Shown here in pieces: positions 48,270 to 57,980 of a DNA stretch of 64,000 nt. Location: assembly GCA_963766645.1 (NCBI GenBank), contig CAVYAY010000003.1:416554-480553 (forward strand), given 5' to 3'. This DNA comes from an uncultured Chloroflexia bacterium. Its GTDB lineage: Bacteria; Chloroflexota; Dehalococcoidia; DSTF01; WHTK01. The position numbers and the translations under genes were made by a program. Numbering within the stretch: position 1 is the first letter of the stretch; every line of letters starts with the position of its first letter. The notes under the pieces are model-generated. The model made no database searches and had not been told where the DNA came from. It was given only the letters and a program-made list of their open reading frames with translations.

Positions 48270-48494
48270 CTATTTAGGACGGAAGCGGTATCGGCGCAGG
48301 ACGCGCGGCAGGCTGATGACCAGCGTCAGCGCCACCGTTAGAGGCAGCACCACCTCAGCCACGGAGTCGGCGCCCGGCCTGCGACCAGCCCGTAGCCCAG
48401 GGCCGAGCATCGCGACGCCGCCGATCGCCAGGAACACCGAGTCGCCGACAATGAAGTCGTACCAGAAGTGCCCGAAGCCCACGATATACTTCAT
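48270..48494 (-). CDS. Hypothetical small membrane protein
   Basis: MKYIVGFGHFWYDFIVGDSVFLAIGGVAML..., with GGAGG 9 nt upstream of ATG 48494. It appears fused to the upstream ORF in the track only because that gene is frameshifted. Confidence 0.5.
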   Translation of the reverse strand: MKYIVGFGHFWYDFIVGDSVFLAIGGVAMLGPGLRAGRRPGADSVAEVVLPLTVALTLVISLPRVLRRYRFRPK

Positions 48495-48498
48495 CCCG

Positions 48499-49259
48499 CT
48501 ACGCCTCCGTCTGCCGCCGTTAGCCAGCACGGCCTCAGCGCGCGAGTCTCGCAGCGCCGCGATCAGTGCGTACGCCAGCGCCCAGTAAAACGCCACCAGC
48601 AGCAGGATCGTGGGCTCCTTCAGCGTCCATTCGATGCCGATGCCTTCGCCGCCCCAGAACGTCCCAAATGACGTCAACATCAGACCAACAGTGAACTTGA
48701 TCGCATTCTCAGGCACCCGCGTCAGCGGGCGGTGCAGCACGATGCCTGCCGCGAAGATCGACGAAGAACGCCCCGACGGCGCCGCCTGTCGCGATATCCA
48801 GACGCCCCGAGTTCGCCCCAAATGTGATGACGATGAATGCCACCTCAGGCCCTCGAGGAAGACACCCTTGAAGCAGACGACGAAGCCCTGCCAGTCGATC
48901 CCGGCAACGGGCGTGCCGCCCGCGCTAAGCTCGGTCACCTCTTCGGCGAAGATCGCGTCTTCGTCGTGCTTCGCTTTCAGGCCCGCCGCCCGCAGGATCG
49001 CCTTGCGCAGCCACTGCAGCCCAAAGATCAGCAGAAGCACGCCGACCACCACGCGAAGTACATCGATCGGTACGAACTGGACTAGCGACGCGCCGAGAAC
49101 TCCGACGATCACCGCCAGCGCGATGCTCGCGGCCACGATCCCGAGCAGCGCCGAGCGCCAGCCGCGCGTCACGCCCACCGCCAGGATGATCGTCAGCGCC
49201 TCGACCATCTCGACTGCCGATGCCAGGAATGCCGAACCGAAGAGAAGTACGTTGTGCAT
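48499..49259 (-). pseudogene. Uncharacterised polytopic membrane protein, frameshifted as assembled
   Basis: The N-terminal 140 aa and the later TM helices are coherent. The middle (...GLRWHSSSSHLGRTRGVW...) is out of frame. A stop at 48499-48501 appears in the alternative frame. Confidence 0.55.
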
Positions 49260-49278
49260 CGAATCTACCGTTTCCTCA

Positions 49279-49911
49279 TCACGGCTGGAGCCCGGTTGAA
49301 GCTACGCCTGGCCGCCTCTGACTTCTAGCGCCTACGTCTGCGCCGGCTCGCGCTCCTGCATCGTCCTCATACTCCACCGCCTGGGAGGCCATCGCGTCGC
49401 TCGTCCGCTCCTCCAGCGCCCCAATGCCTGAGCGCACTGTCGAAGCAAACGCCGTCAGTTGCGCGTCCAGCCGCCGTAGCATCTCCAGCGCGTAGCGGTC
49501 GGCCTCGTCCATCTGGTTCGTCGCCGCCTGCTCCGCCTGACGCAACCGCGACTGTACCTGGGCCTGCGCCTCGTCCAGCATCGTCTGCGCCCGCGTCTCC
49601 GCCCGCTCGATCACCGCCTCCGCCTCACGCTCGGCGGCCTGCATGAGCGCCGTCTCTTCCAGACGCTCCTGCGCCTCCATCTCGGCCCGATGCAACATGC
49701 CCTCGGCCTCGCGACGCGCCTCTTCCAGCACGGCGTCGCGCTCCGCGACGATCTGCTCCGCTTCGCGAACCTCCCACGGCACGCTAGACCGCATCTGGTC
49801 CACCAGCTCCAGCAGTCGTCTGCGGTCGACTACGACGCCCTGCCCGATCGGCATGCGACGCGCTTCCGCTACCAGCTCTTCCAGTCGATCGATGAGGTGA
49901 AGAATGTCCAT
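49279..49911 (-). CDS. Coiled-coil protein (ATP-synthase-subunit-b-like / DivIVA-like heptad composition)
   Basis: 210-aa ORF dominated by E/A/R/Q/L heptads. Lies upstream of coaD on the same strand. Confidence 0.6.
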   Translation of the reverse strand: MDILHLIDRLEELVAEARRMPIGQGVVVDRRRLLELVDQMRSSVPWEVREAEQIVAERDAVLEEARREAEGMLHRAEMEAQERLEETALMQAAEREAEAVIERAETRAQTMLDEAQAQVQSRLRQAEQAATNQMDEADRYALEMLRRLDAQLTAFASTVRSGIGALEERTSDAMASQAVEYEDDAGARAGADVGARSQRRPGVASTGLQP

Positions 49912-49956
49912 AGTAGCTTCAGCATGCCGCGGTTCGGGCGCGGTACTGCTAACTCC

Positions 49957-50434
49957 CTAGGCCCCTCCGAATTTGCGCTTCAGCGCCTCGGCAACGTTAG
50001 CGGGGACGAGGCCTGTGACATCATAGCCCAGCGCCGCAACCTCACGGATACGCGTCCCGCTGATGAACAGGTGCTCCAGCCGCGCGATCAGGTAGACCGA
50101 TTCGATCTCTGCCGCCATCTGCCGGTTCATCAGCGCTTGCGAGAACTCGTTCTCGAAGTCTGTGTTGCCGCGCATGCTGCGGATCAGCACCGTTGCTCCC
50201 AGGCTGCGAGCGAAGTCCACCGTCAACCCACTGTAGGGCTGTCACACGCGTGTTCTTAACGCCGCCGACAGCGCTCGCGAACAACTCGACGCGTTCTTCC
50301 GTCGTAAACAGTGTCGACTTCGACTCCGCAACGCCGATGACCAGCTCGTCGAACAGCTCCGCCGCCCGCATCGCGGTGTCCTGGTGGCCGTTGGTCACTG
50401 GATCGAAGCGTCCGGCAAACAATGCGATCGTCAA
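49957..50434 (-). CDS. coaD: Phosphopantetheine adenylyltransferase, one frameshift near 50230
   Basis: N-terminal piece (TTG 50434) TIALFAGRFDPVTNGHQD... The C-terminal piece ...TVDFARSLGATVLIRSMRGNTDFENE... lies in the adjacent frame. Confidence 0.85.
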
Positions 50435-50460
50435 GTTCCGTCCCCTGTCGTTGTAGGTTG

Positions 50461-51057
50461 TCAGGCCTGCCCGTACAACGTGATTCGCGTATCTCCATAT
50501 CGGCGGCTGGTCAATTGCTCCAGCCCGCCCAGTGTCTCGGCCACTCCTTGCGCTGCGAGTGCTCGACAACCAGCGTGCCGGCCGTCTGCCAGCAGCCCCT
50601 TCTCCACCACCAGCGCCATCTCCGCCTCCGCGCGATCATACTCGTAAGGCGGATCAGCCACTACCAGGTCGTAACTCTCAATCTCTTGCCTGGCGGCCTC
50701 ATCCTTCGCCATGCCCGATTGCTCGACCAACCTCGGTATTGCCTTCGACACCGTCATCGGCCACAGCTTCGCCTGCCCCTGCAACCCGGTGCGCCGCAGG
50801 TTCTCCCGGATCACCTCGCACGCCTTCGGATCCGACTCCACGAAGTCGCAATACTCCGCCCCTCGGCTCATCGCCTCGATGCCCATCGCCCCCGTGCCGC
50901 TGTACAGGTCGAGCATCCGGCGCATGGGCGCACCGCGCGCCGTCAGAATCTCGAACAACGCCTCGCGCACCCGGTCTGACGTCGGCCGCACGCCAGACCG
51001 CGGCGGGCCCCGCAGCACGCGTCCGCCCAGTTCGCCACCAATCACCCGCAGCGGCAT
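50461..51057 (-). CDS. rsmD: 16S rRNA (guanine966-N2)-methyltransferase RsmD family
   Basis: 198-aa ORF. ...RPTSDRVREALF..., ...LDLYSGTGAMGIEAMSRGA... and the ADPPY motif. Confidence 0.85.
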   Translation of the reverse strand: MPLRVIGGELGGRVLRGPPRSGVRPTSDRVREALFEILTARGAPMRRMLDLYSGTGAMGIEAMSRGAEYCDFVESDPKACEVIRENLRRTGLQGQAKLWPMTVSKAIPRLVEQSGMAKDEAARQEIESYDLVVADPPYEYDRAEAEMALVVEKGLLADGRHAGCRALAAQGVAETLGGLEQLTSRRYGDTRITLYGQA

Positions 51058-51081
51058 CTAATCTATCGCCCCCGCACACCC

Positions 51082-51119
51082 GTCACTGCGCAGAGGCGCC
51101 GGCCGACGCTTCGATCTCA
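51082..51119 (+). repeat. R3 38-nt repeat copy
   Basis: gtcactgcgcagaggcgccggccgacgcttcgatctca. Confidence 0.65.
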
Positions 51120-51165
51120 CGTCTTCATCCACCAATGCACCATCAAGTCCGTCCAGCCGTCTTCA

Positions 51166-51200
51166 GTGAGATGCGGGGTACCCCCGCCTTTAGTTATTCG
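51166..51200 (+). repeat. R4 repeat (CGGGGTACCCCCG palindrome module)
   Basis: gtgagatgcggggtacccccgcctttagttattcg. Compare 60067-60100, gtggggtccggggtacccccggttcaactattcc. Confidence 0.55.
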
Positions 51201-52860
51201 TCGCCGTGACCTGCAACGTGACCGTCTGCATCGCCCGGATCACGCCGTCGCTCACGACCAGCGAAACCTCGTACGACCCTGGTTGCGCCGGCGCCTTCCA
51301 GATGATGCTGCCCGCGGCGTCGGCCTCTTGCGACCCAGCCTGGATCTGCCACGAGGGCTCCAGCACCACTGTGTTCGCCTTGGCCAGCGGGGCCAGTCCC
51401 GACTCCGCGAAAGTCCGCAGAGGCTCCCAGTACGCTGGCGCGGCCGTGTTCGCGCCGATGTCCGCGATCGCCACGCCCGCCAGCCCGTTACGCCGCGCCA
51501 GGTCCAGCCGGAACGCCAGGCTCAGCGCGTTCTCCAGCCACACTGTCCGTTGCCCGCCGATGCCCGGGTAGCTGAACGACACCGCGAATGCGTTGTCATC
51601 CCACTGCATACCGCTCGCCCCGTCATCGCGATAGATGTTCGTCCCGACGATGACCACCGACGTGTTCGCCGTTATCTGCGTCGGCGTCCGCACCTCAATC
51701 GCGCTCGCTGTCCGCAACGCGTCGTGCAGCGATATCTCGCGCAGCCCGTCGCTCGCCTTCTCCCAGCTGCTCCGGGACACGATCAGCGCCACCTTCTTCA
51801 GGTCCACCTTGTCCCGCAGGAAGTCGAGCACCTCCGGTCATCCGCTGGTAGTAGATCGACGGGTCCGCCACCGGTGCCAGCTTCAGCAAGTCGGCCCGCT
51901 GCCCAGCTCGCCCCAGTCGTACGCCCCGGTATCCCAGCTCACGCCCGACCTCACCGGCGTCGGCAGCGCCACGCTCAGCGTGCGGTTCGCCTGGTGCAAT
52001 TGGTCCGCCAGCACGGTGACAAACGCCGTAAAGTCCGCCTTTCGCGCCGGGTTCACGTCCGGATAGTCGATGTCGACGCCCGCGTTGCCCGGCTGCAGCG
52101 CCAGCTGCACCAGCGCCTGGATATGCTCCTCGCGCAGCGCCGGAGAAGCCAGGATCGCGTTCACCGCAGTCAGCTTCTTCCGGCGTCGCGGCGCGTACCG
52201 TCGGCACGATGTTGCCGTCTGCCTGCGGGAATTCCCGCGGCGAGCCCGAAAGCGTCCCATCGGCACGCCGGCGCGAAGTCCACCGGATTCACTGTTGTCA
52301 CGATGCTCATCGCCTCGTCGTCCGGCGACGCGCCCGCCGGCAGCCAGCCCGTCACCTGCACTGCGCTCGACGTCAGCCGCAGCACCGCGATGTTGCCGGG
52401 CATCATCCCGACCTCACCCTTCGCCGCCGCGCCGTTGTTTACCAGCGTGGCCGAGGCGAGACGATCCCAGTTGCCGTTTCGGAACGTGTAGAGCCCCAGG
52501 TTGCGTCCATCGCTGACCGGCTGCAGCAGATTCACCGTCAGATCAAACGGCCCCGGCTTCCTTCGTCTTGCGAGAGGTCTTCGAACAGCCGGCTCAGCGC
52601 CTCGTAGCCGTCCGGCACCTTCGGCGCTGCGCTCAGCAGCGACGAAGGTCCTGGCCGCTACCGCCGGCTGTACTGTGCCGCCGTCTCCACCGCCGCCGAA
52701 CAACGAGAACGGGATTCACCACCACCAGCAGAAGGATCAGCCGATGGCCCCCATCCCGATGAAGATGATGCTGGCCGAACGGTCCTGAGCCTCCGCCTCC
52801 GGCTCCAGGATCTCGTCGAAGGGACCTCGCTCTCGCGGTTCTTCTGGTGGGTCTATCAAC
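51190..52860 (-). pseudogene. Membrane-anchored GH18-like (chitinase-fold) protein with a C-terminal Ig-like domain, at least five frameshifts as assembled
   Basis: The pieces read: M-IDPPEEPRERGPFDEILEPE...IIFIGMGAIG (anchor), APKVPDGYEALSRLFEDLSQDEG, PGPFDLTVNLLQPVSDGRNLGLYTF..., ...NAGVDIDYPDVNPARKADFTAFVTVLADQL... (GH18 DxDxDxE region), and ...SYEVSLVVSDGVIRAMQTVTLQVTATNN-stop. Confidence 0.6.
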
Positions 52861-53997
52861 GTGGCTCCAATTGAACGTCCAGCGTTACCGGCTGGCCGTT
52901 CCGCAGCACCTCAATGCTAAGCTTCGCGTCCGGTTGGGTCACGCCCAGCGCATTCAGCAATCCGAACTGGCTGCTCAGCGGATATCTCCCGAACATCGTA
53001 ATCATGTCGCCGACCTCCACGCCCGCCAGCGCCGCCGGGCTGCCTGCCGTCACGCCCTGGATCAAGCGCTCCCTGCTGCTCCGTCACGTTCATCTCTGCG
53101 CGCCACGTCCGGCGTCAGGTCGACGAAATCGACGCCGAAATATGGCCGCGGAAAGCTCCCAGTAAGGATCATCGATTGCACGATCGGCGCGAAGGTGCGG
53201 CTCGAATCGCGAACGAGATCCCGAACAGCGGATCGCCCTCGTCCAATGTCACGGAACGTATTGATCCCCACCATCTCCCCGTCCAGCGTCAGCAACGGCC
53301 CGCCGCTGTTGCCCACGTTGATCGCCGCGTCGGTTTGGATCAAGTCCTCGCAGCCAGCGATTATCAAGATACTTGCGCCGCCCCACGGCGCTGACAACCC
53401 CCGTCGTCACGCTGTTGAAGTAGTCGATGTCCGGGCTGCCGATCGCGACCACCGTCTGACCCGGCTTCAGCAACGCCGAGTCGCCGATGTTGATGCGCTG
53501 TGAGGCCGCCACCGTCCACGTGTATCACCGCCACGTCCGTAAACGGCGCGTCGTGCGAAACCAGCTGCGCCTGGCCGCACATCGCCGTTGTTCAGCAGCA
53601 CGATAGAGCGTTCCCGGTATCTGCACCAGATGCGCGTTGGTCAGGATGAAGCCCGCGCTCGTCGACGATGACGCCGGCGCCGCCCGCCGTCCCGGCCTCC
53701 ACGGTCGCCCTGCGCTTCGAACTCGTTGATGATCGCGACAACGGAAGGCAGCGCCTTCGCCGCAACCGCTGCCACGGCATCCCCCGCAAATCCCGAAGGC
53801 AAGGCGGGCTGGGTCGTTGACGCGGCAGTAGCCGGCGCGCCACCAGAATCAGAAGTAGAACTGGAATCGTGGAGTAAAGCGACAGCCGTCCCGGAAATCG
53901 CTCCCGCCAGGAGCGCCACTGCCAAAACGAGCGTCAGCAAAACGGCGGGTGAAGCCGGCCTGGAGCCCCCGCCTCCTGGTGAACCTAAGTCATTCAT
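52856..53997 (-). pseudogene. HtrA/DegP-type (S1C) serine protease with PDZ domain, at least five frameshifts as assembled
   Basis: The pieces read: N-terminal anchor, ...ALPSVVAIINE..., GAGVIVDERG..., ...SHDAPFTDVAVIHVD..., ...IGDSALLKPGQTVVAIGSP..., ...[17 protein letters not shown] (catalytic Ser motif), and PDZ ...GVTAGSPAALAGVEVGDMI... Confidence 0.85.
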
Positions 53998-54074
53998 TCA
54001 CTGATCAGACGACTGAGCAAATGTGGCCTCGATCTTAGCATGCCCCCCAGTCTCAAACACCCTCGCGTCGCCTC

Positions 54075-54133
54075 GCGCTCCCCGTACCGGCGCGATTCAT
54101 CGGGCCGGTACGGGGAGCGCAGGAGAGCTCTCC
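54075..54133. promoter_or_regulatory. 17-bp perfect inverted repeat plus an adjacent 12-nt palindrome in the htrA / rpsF divergent region
   Basis: GCGCTCCCCGTACCGGC (54075-54091) and GCCGGTACGGGGAGCGC (54104-54120) flank a 12-nt loop. GGAGAGCTCTCC follows at 54122-54133. Confidence 0.5.
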
Positions 54134-54161
54134 AGCCCCCTTCCCACGCAAGCGACTCTCA

Positions 54162-54190
54162 TTGACTTAGCCTATGCCGCTCCCTAGAAT
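54162..54190 (+). promoter_or_regulatory. Sigma-70-type promoter of the rpsF-ssb-rpsR operon
   Basis: TTGACT (54162-54167), 17-nt spacer, TAGAAT (54185-54190). It lies about 60 nt upstream of the rpsF start, and AGGAG sits at 54238-54242. Confidence 0.65.
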
Positions 54191-54248
54191 GCGAAGCGTC
54201 GCAGGGTGTGCCTTGCGGTTTCTTTGACTTCCAACCCAGGAGTGCAAT

Positions 54249-54543
54249 TTGGCCACGGCTCTACGTGATTACGAAATGGTTGTCATCCTCAGCCCCGAGA
54301 TCGGCGATGACGTTGTCGGCGAAAGCCTGGAGCGGCTCTCCCAGAACATCACCAACCGCGGCGGCGAAGTCGTGGACGTCAACCACTGGGGCCGCCGCCG
54401 CCTCGCCTACCCCATCAAGCGCCACCTCGAGGGCAACTACGTCGTCAGCCAGATCAAGCTCGACCCCGAGCCAGGTCCCGGACCTCGAGAGCAACCTCCG
54501 CATCTCGGAGGATGTCATTCGCCACCTGATCGTCAGAGACTGA
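54249..54543 (+). CDS. rpsF: 30S ribosomal protein S6, one frameshift near 54470
   Basis: LRDYEMVVILSPEIGDD...VDVNHWGRRRLAYPIKRHLEGNYVV... The tail ...VPDLESNLRISEDVIRHLIVRD-stop lies in the adjacent frame. Confidence 0.9.
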
Positions 54544-54629
54544 CGACTAGCGGCAGCTCTGCCAATCGGCAGGAACCTGTCCGTCTTCACGGCGGACCAT
54601 CTGGGTGGGTTGCGAAGAGGGGAATTGGC

Positions 54630-55049
54630 ATGCCGGACGGCCTAAACAAAGTGATGCTCATCGGCAACCTGGGCACGGACCCGGAAATGCGCTACACCGC
54701 GAACGGCAGCGCCGTCACCACCTTTCGGCTCGCCGTCAGCCGCTCCTTTGGCGGCGGTGAGAGCGGCGAACGCCGCGAAGAGACCGAATGGTTCACCGTC
54801 GTCACCTGGAACAAGCTGGCCGAGCTGCTCGGCCAGCACCTGCAAAAGGGACGCAAGGTCTACGTTGAAGGACGTCTCGCCAGCCGCAGCTGGGACGGTC
54901 CCGACGGCCAGAAGCGCTATCGCACCGAGGTCGTCGCCAACCAGGTCCTCTTCCTCGACAGGCCGCAGGGCGCAACCTTCGGCGGCGACGGCACGCCCAC
55001 CGACCCCTCCGGCGACATGGAGCTGGACGACATACCGTTTGAGAACTAG
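54630..55049 (+). CDS. ssb: Single-stranded DNA-binding protein
   Basis: MPDGLNKVMLIGNLGTDPEMRYTANGSAVTTFRLAV...TEWFTVVTWNKLAE...VYVEGRL..R.W. Acidic tail ...MELDDIPFEN. Confidence 0.9.
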   Translation: MPDGLNKVMLIGNLGTDPEMRYTANGSAVTTFRLAVSRSFGGGESGERREETEWFTVVTWNKLAELLGQHLQKGRKVYVEGRLASRSWDGPDGQKRYRTEVVANQVLFLDRPQGATFGGDGTPTDPSGDMELDDIPFEN

Positions 55050-55207
55050 GGTTCCTTTCGTCCCAGCTTCTAGATAAGCGCCGGATGATATATCCTTGGC
55101 TCAAATAGGCAAACCAGGATCAGAGCGGTCCCTTCTCTTTTGAACGAGAGAGGGTCAGGGCGAGGGCTGACGTCCCACCCAACAAAACACGAAGCGAGAC
55201 TCCACAA

Positions 55208-55651
55208 TTGAGCGAATCGACCGAGTCACCAGCAGCCAGCGAAGCAGCGCCTCAAGCGCCCATCGAGAGCACAAGCGCGCCTTCCGGTGACCGCCCACCA
55301 TACGGCGATCGCCCGTCTTACGGCGGCGACCGCGGCGGTGATCGCGGTGGCGGCGGTGGTCGAGACGAGCGCCCGCGCCGGCGGCCCGGTGGTGGCGGTG
55401 GCCGCTTCGGACGGCGCCGCGTCTGCTCCTTCTGCGTCGATAAAGTCGACTCCATCGACTACAAAGAAGCCTCCAAGCTGCGTCGCTATATCTCCGACCG
55501 CGGCAAGATCGAACCGCGGCGCAAGACTGGCACCTGCGCCAAGCATCAGCGCATGCTCACGCTTGCACTCAAGCGCGCCCGGCACGTTGCCCTGCTGCCC
55601 TTTACCGCGCAGCACATCCAGCTCACCGGCGCCTTCCCCACCCGCTCTTGA
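55208..55651 (+). CDS. rpsR: 30S ribosomal protein S18 with a ~65-aa Gly/Arg/Asp-rich N-terminal extension
   Basis: Core ...[60 protein letters not shown]. There is no in-frame ATG/GTG/TTG between TTG 55208 and the core. Confidence 0.85.
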   Translation: MSESTESPAASEAAPQAPIESTSAPSGDRPPYGDRPSYGGDRGGDRGGGGGRDERPRRRPGGGGGRFGRRRVCSFCVDKVDSIDYKEASKLRRYISDRGKIEPRRKTGTCAKHQRMLTLALKRARHVALLPFTAQHIQLTGAFPTRS

Positions 55652-55685
55652 TTGGCAACCAACCCTGAGCCCAAAATGAGCGAGA

Positions 55686-56690
55686 TGCCACGGAAGGGGG
55701 GCTCCCCAGTCTGAGCCGCCTCGCACGCTCGTTCACGAACCTGCTCGCAGGCCACGAAGTCGACCCCGAAAGACGCAACGGCGTCCTGATTGTTACGGGG
55801 ATCGGCCTGGTTGTCGTGCTTGCCATGCTCCTCATCGCTTACGGCTACTACGCCGACCGCATCGCGCCCCGCGGCGACATCGTCCTCCAGGTCGGCGAAC
55901 ATCAGTACACCTACGCCTACCTCGAACAACGCATCAAGTCGGACGTTGCGCAGGGCCGCTTTAACCTCAAGGACACCGCCAACAGCCTCACCGCCACGAT
56001 AGCCCGAATCCAGCGCGAAGAACTCGACCGCATCATCGGCCGCCAGCACGGCATCACCGTCAGCGAAGCTGAGCTCGACGACGGCATCCGCGACGACCTC
56101 AACCTCGACCCGGCAATCACTCGGAACGAGCTCGCCCCTCTCCTCCGCAGTGAGCTTCGCAGGATCGACCTCCCACTCGATGATTACCTCGCCATCATCG
56201 AAACGCGGGTCATCGAGAACAAAGTGCGCGCTGAGCTCACTGCATCGCTGCCGGCGGAGGCGGAGCAGGTCAACCTCCTCTACATCGAAGGCGGTTCCCA
56301 GGCCAACACAATCCTGGCCAAGCAGGCGCTCGATGAAGGCGCCGATTTCGGCACAGTTGCAGCTCAGTTCTCCCAGGACACCAACACAAAAGCAGACGGC
56401 GTCCTCGGCTGGGTGCCCCGCGAAGCTCTCGACCCCGAGCTCGCCGACGTCGCCTTCAGCATCACCGGCCGTAGCGGCATCATCGAGACCAAGGAGGACT
56501 TCTACATCATCGAGGTCCTCGGCAAAGAGACCCGCGCAATCGACCCCTCCGTAGTGGACAACATCGGCCACGACGAGTTGACAACCTCCTCAAGACCGCC
56601 ATCGACGAGACTCCCGTCGTCTACAACCTGTCCGAGACCCAGATCGTCAACCTCGCGAACGCTGTCGGAGGCACCTTCGGTGGTGGCTAA
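55686..56690 (+). pseudogene. Membrane-anchored parvulin-type peptidyl-prolyl isomerase (SurA/PrsA-like), at least two frameshifts as assembled
   Basis: ATG 55686 gives MSEMPRKGG, then a shift in the G-run near 55705 leads into ...LPSLSRLARSF...VTGIGLVVVLAMLL (anchor). Parvulin domain ...EGADFGTVAAQFSQDTNTKADGVLGWV... The tail VDNLLKTAIDETPVVYNL...GGTFGGG-stop (56688-56690) is in another frame. Confidence 0.75.
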
Positions 56691-57980
56691 CCAGCAGCCC
56701 GTCAACGTCGCCGTGCTCGGTGCAGGCACCGTCGGCGCCGAGGTCGGCCGCGTCCTGCAAGAAAAGCGCGACGTCTACGCCCGTCAGCTCGGGCGGCCAC
56801 TCAACCTCGCTGCAGTGCTCGTCCGCGATACCTCGAAGCCCCGCAGGGGCATCGACGCGGCCCTGCTAACCACCGACGCCGCCACGGTCCTCGATGACCC
56901 TGAGATCGACATCATCGTCGAACTCCTCGGCGTCGAGCAGCCCGCCGTCGACTGGATGAAGCCAGGCGCTGCGCAACGGAAAAGCACGTCGTCACCGCTA
57001 ACAAAGAGGTCATGGCAAAGCACGGCCCGCAGCTGCTCGCCCTCGCCCGCGAGAACGGCGTCGACCTCCTGTTCGAGGCCAGCGTCGGCGGTGGCATCCC
57101 GATCATCGCCCCGCTCAAGCGCGACCTGCTGGCCAACGACATCACGCGCCGTCTCCGCCATCATCAACGGCACCACCAACTACATCCTCACCGCCATGAC
57201 CCGCGAAGGCGCCGACTTCGCCGACGCCCTCAAGCGCGCCCAGGAGCTCGGCTACGCCGAACCCGATCCCGCCAACGACGTCGAGGGCGAAGACGCGCGC
57301 TACAAGCTCGCCATCCTCGCCTCGCTCGCCTTTCGACGCCTCTGTTCAGCGCGACGACATCTACCGCGAGGGCATCACGAAGCTCACCGCCCGCGATTTC
57401 CGCTACGCCGCCGAGCTCGGCTACGCGATCAAGCTGCTCGCCCTCGCCTCCCGCATCGATGGCGGCATCCAGGCGCGCGTCCACCCCGTCTTCCTGCCCG
57501 CCGATGCCCCGCTGGCCAAGGTCGATGGCGTCCTCAACGCCGTCCAGGTCGAAGGCGACCTCATCGGCCGCGTCAACTTCCAGGGCCCCGGCGCCGGCTT
57601 CCCCACGACCAGCGCCGTCATCGCCGACGTCCTCGATGCCGCCCAGAGCGTCATCGGCGGCCGCCGCGCCAGCTACGCGACGGAAGACGCGCCAGCGCGC
57701 ATCGTCCCCATGGCGGAGCTCGTAACGCGCTACTACATCCGGATCACCGTCGTCGACCAGCCCGGCGTCCTCGCCAGCATCGCAACGCTCCTCGGCGACG
57801 CCGAAGATCAGCATCGCCTCCGTGATCCAGAAAGAAACTCACGAAGCGTCAAACACGGCCGAGTTGGTTATCATGACCCATGAAGCCCGCGAGGCATCCG
57901 TACAGCAAGCGCTGAAGGCCGTGCAGGATCTGCCCGAAGTGCAGGAAATCGGCAACTTCATTCGCGTGGAGGAACAGTGA
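56683..57980 (+). pseudogene. hom: Homoserine dehydrogenase, at least five frameshifts as assembled
   Basis: VNVAVLGAGTVGAEV..., then KHVVTANKEVMAKHG...FEASVGGGIPII..., ...INGTTNYILT...GYAEPDPANDVEGEDA..., and the ACT-like tail ...YYIRITVVDQPGVLASIA...IGNFIRVEEQ-stop. Deleting one C at 56962-56963 and one A from 56980-56983 restores DWMKQALRNGKHVVTANKEV. Confidence 0.9.

Noticed and set aside
55050-55207. Possible structured RNA or terminator between ssb and rpsR
   Set aside because: Only imperfect pairings are present (cccttctct / gagagaggg). I could not support a convincing hairpin or a known leader.
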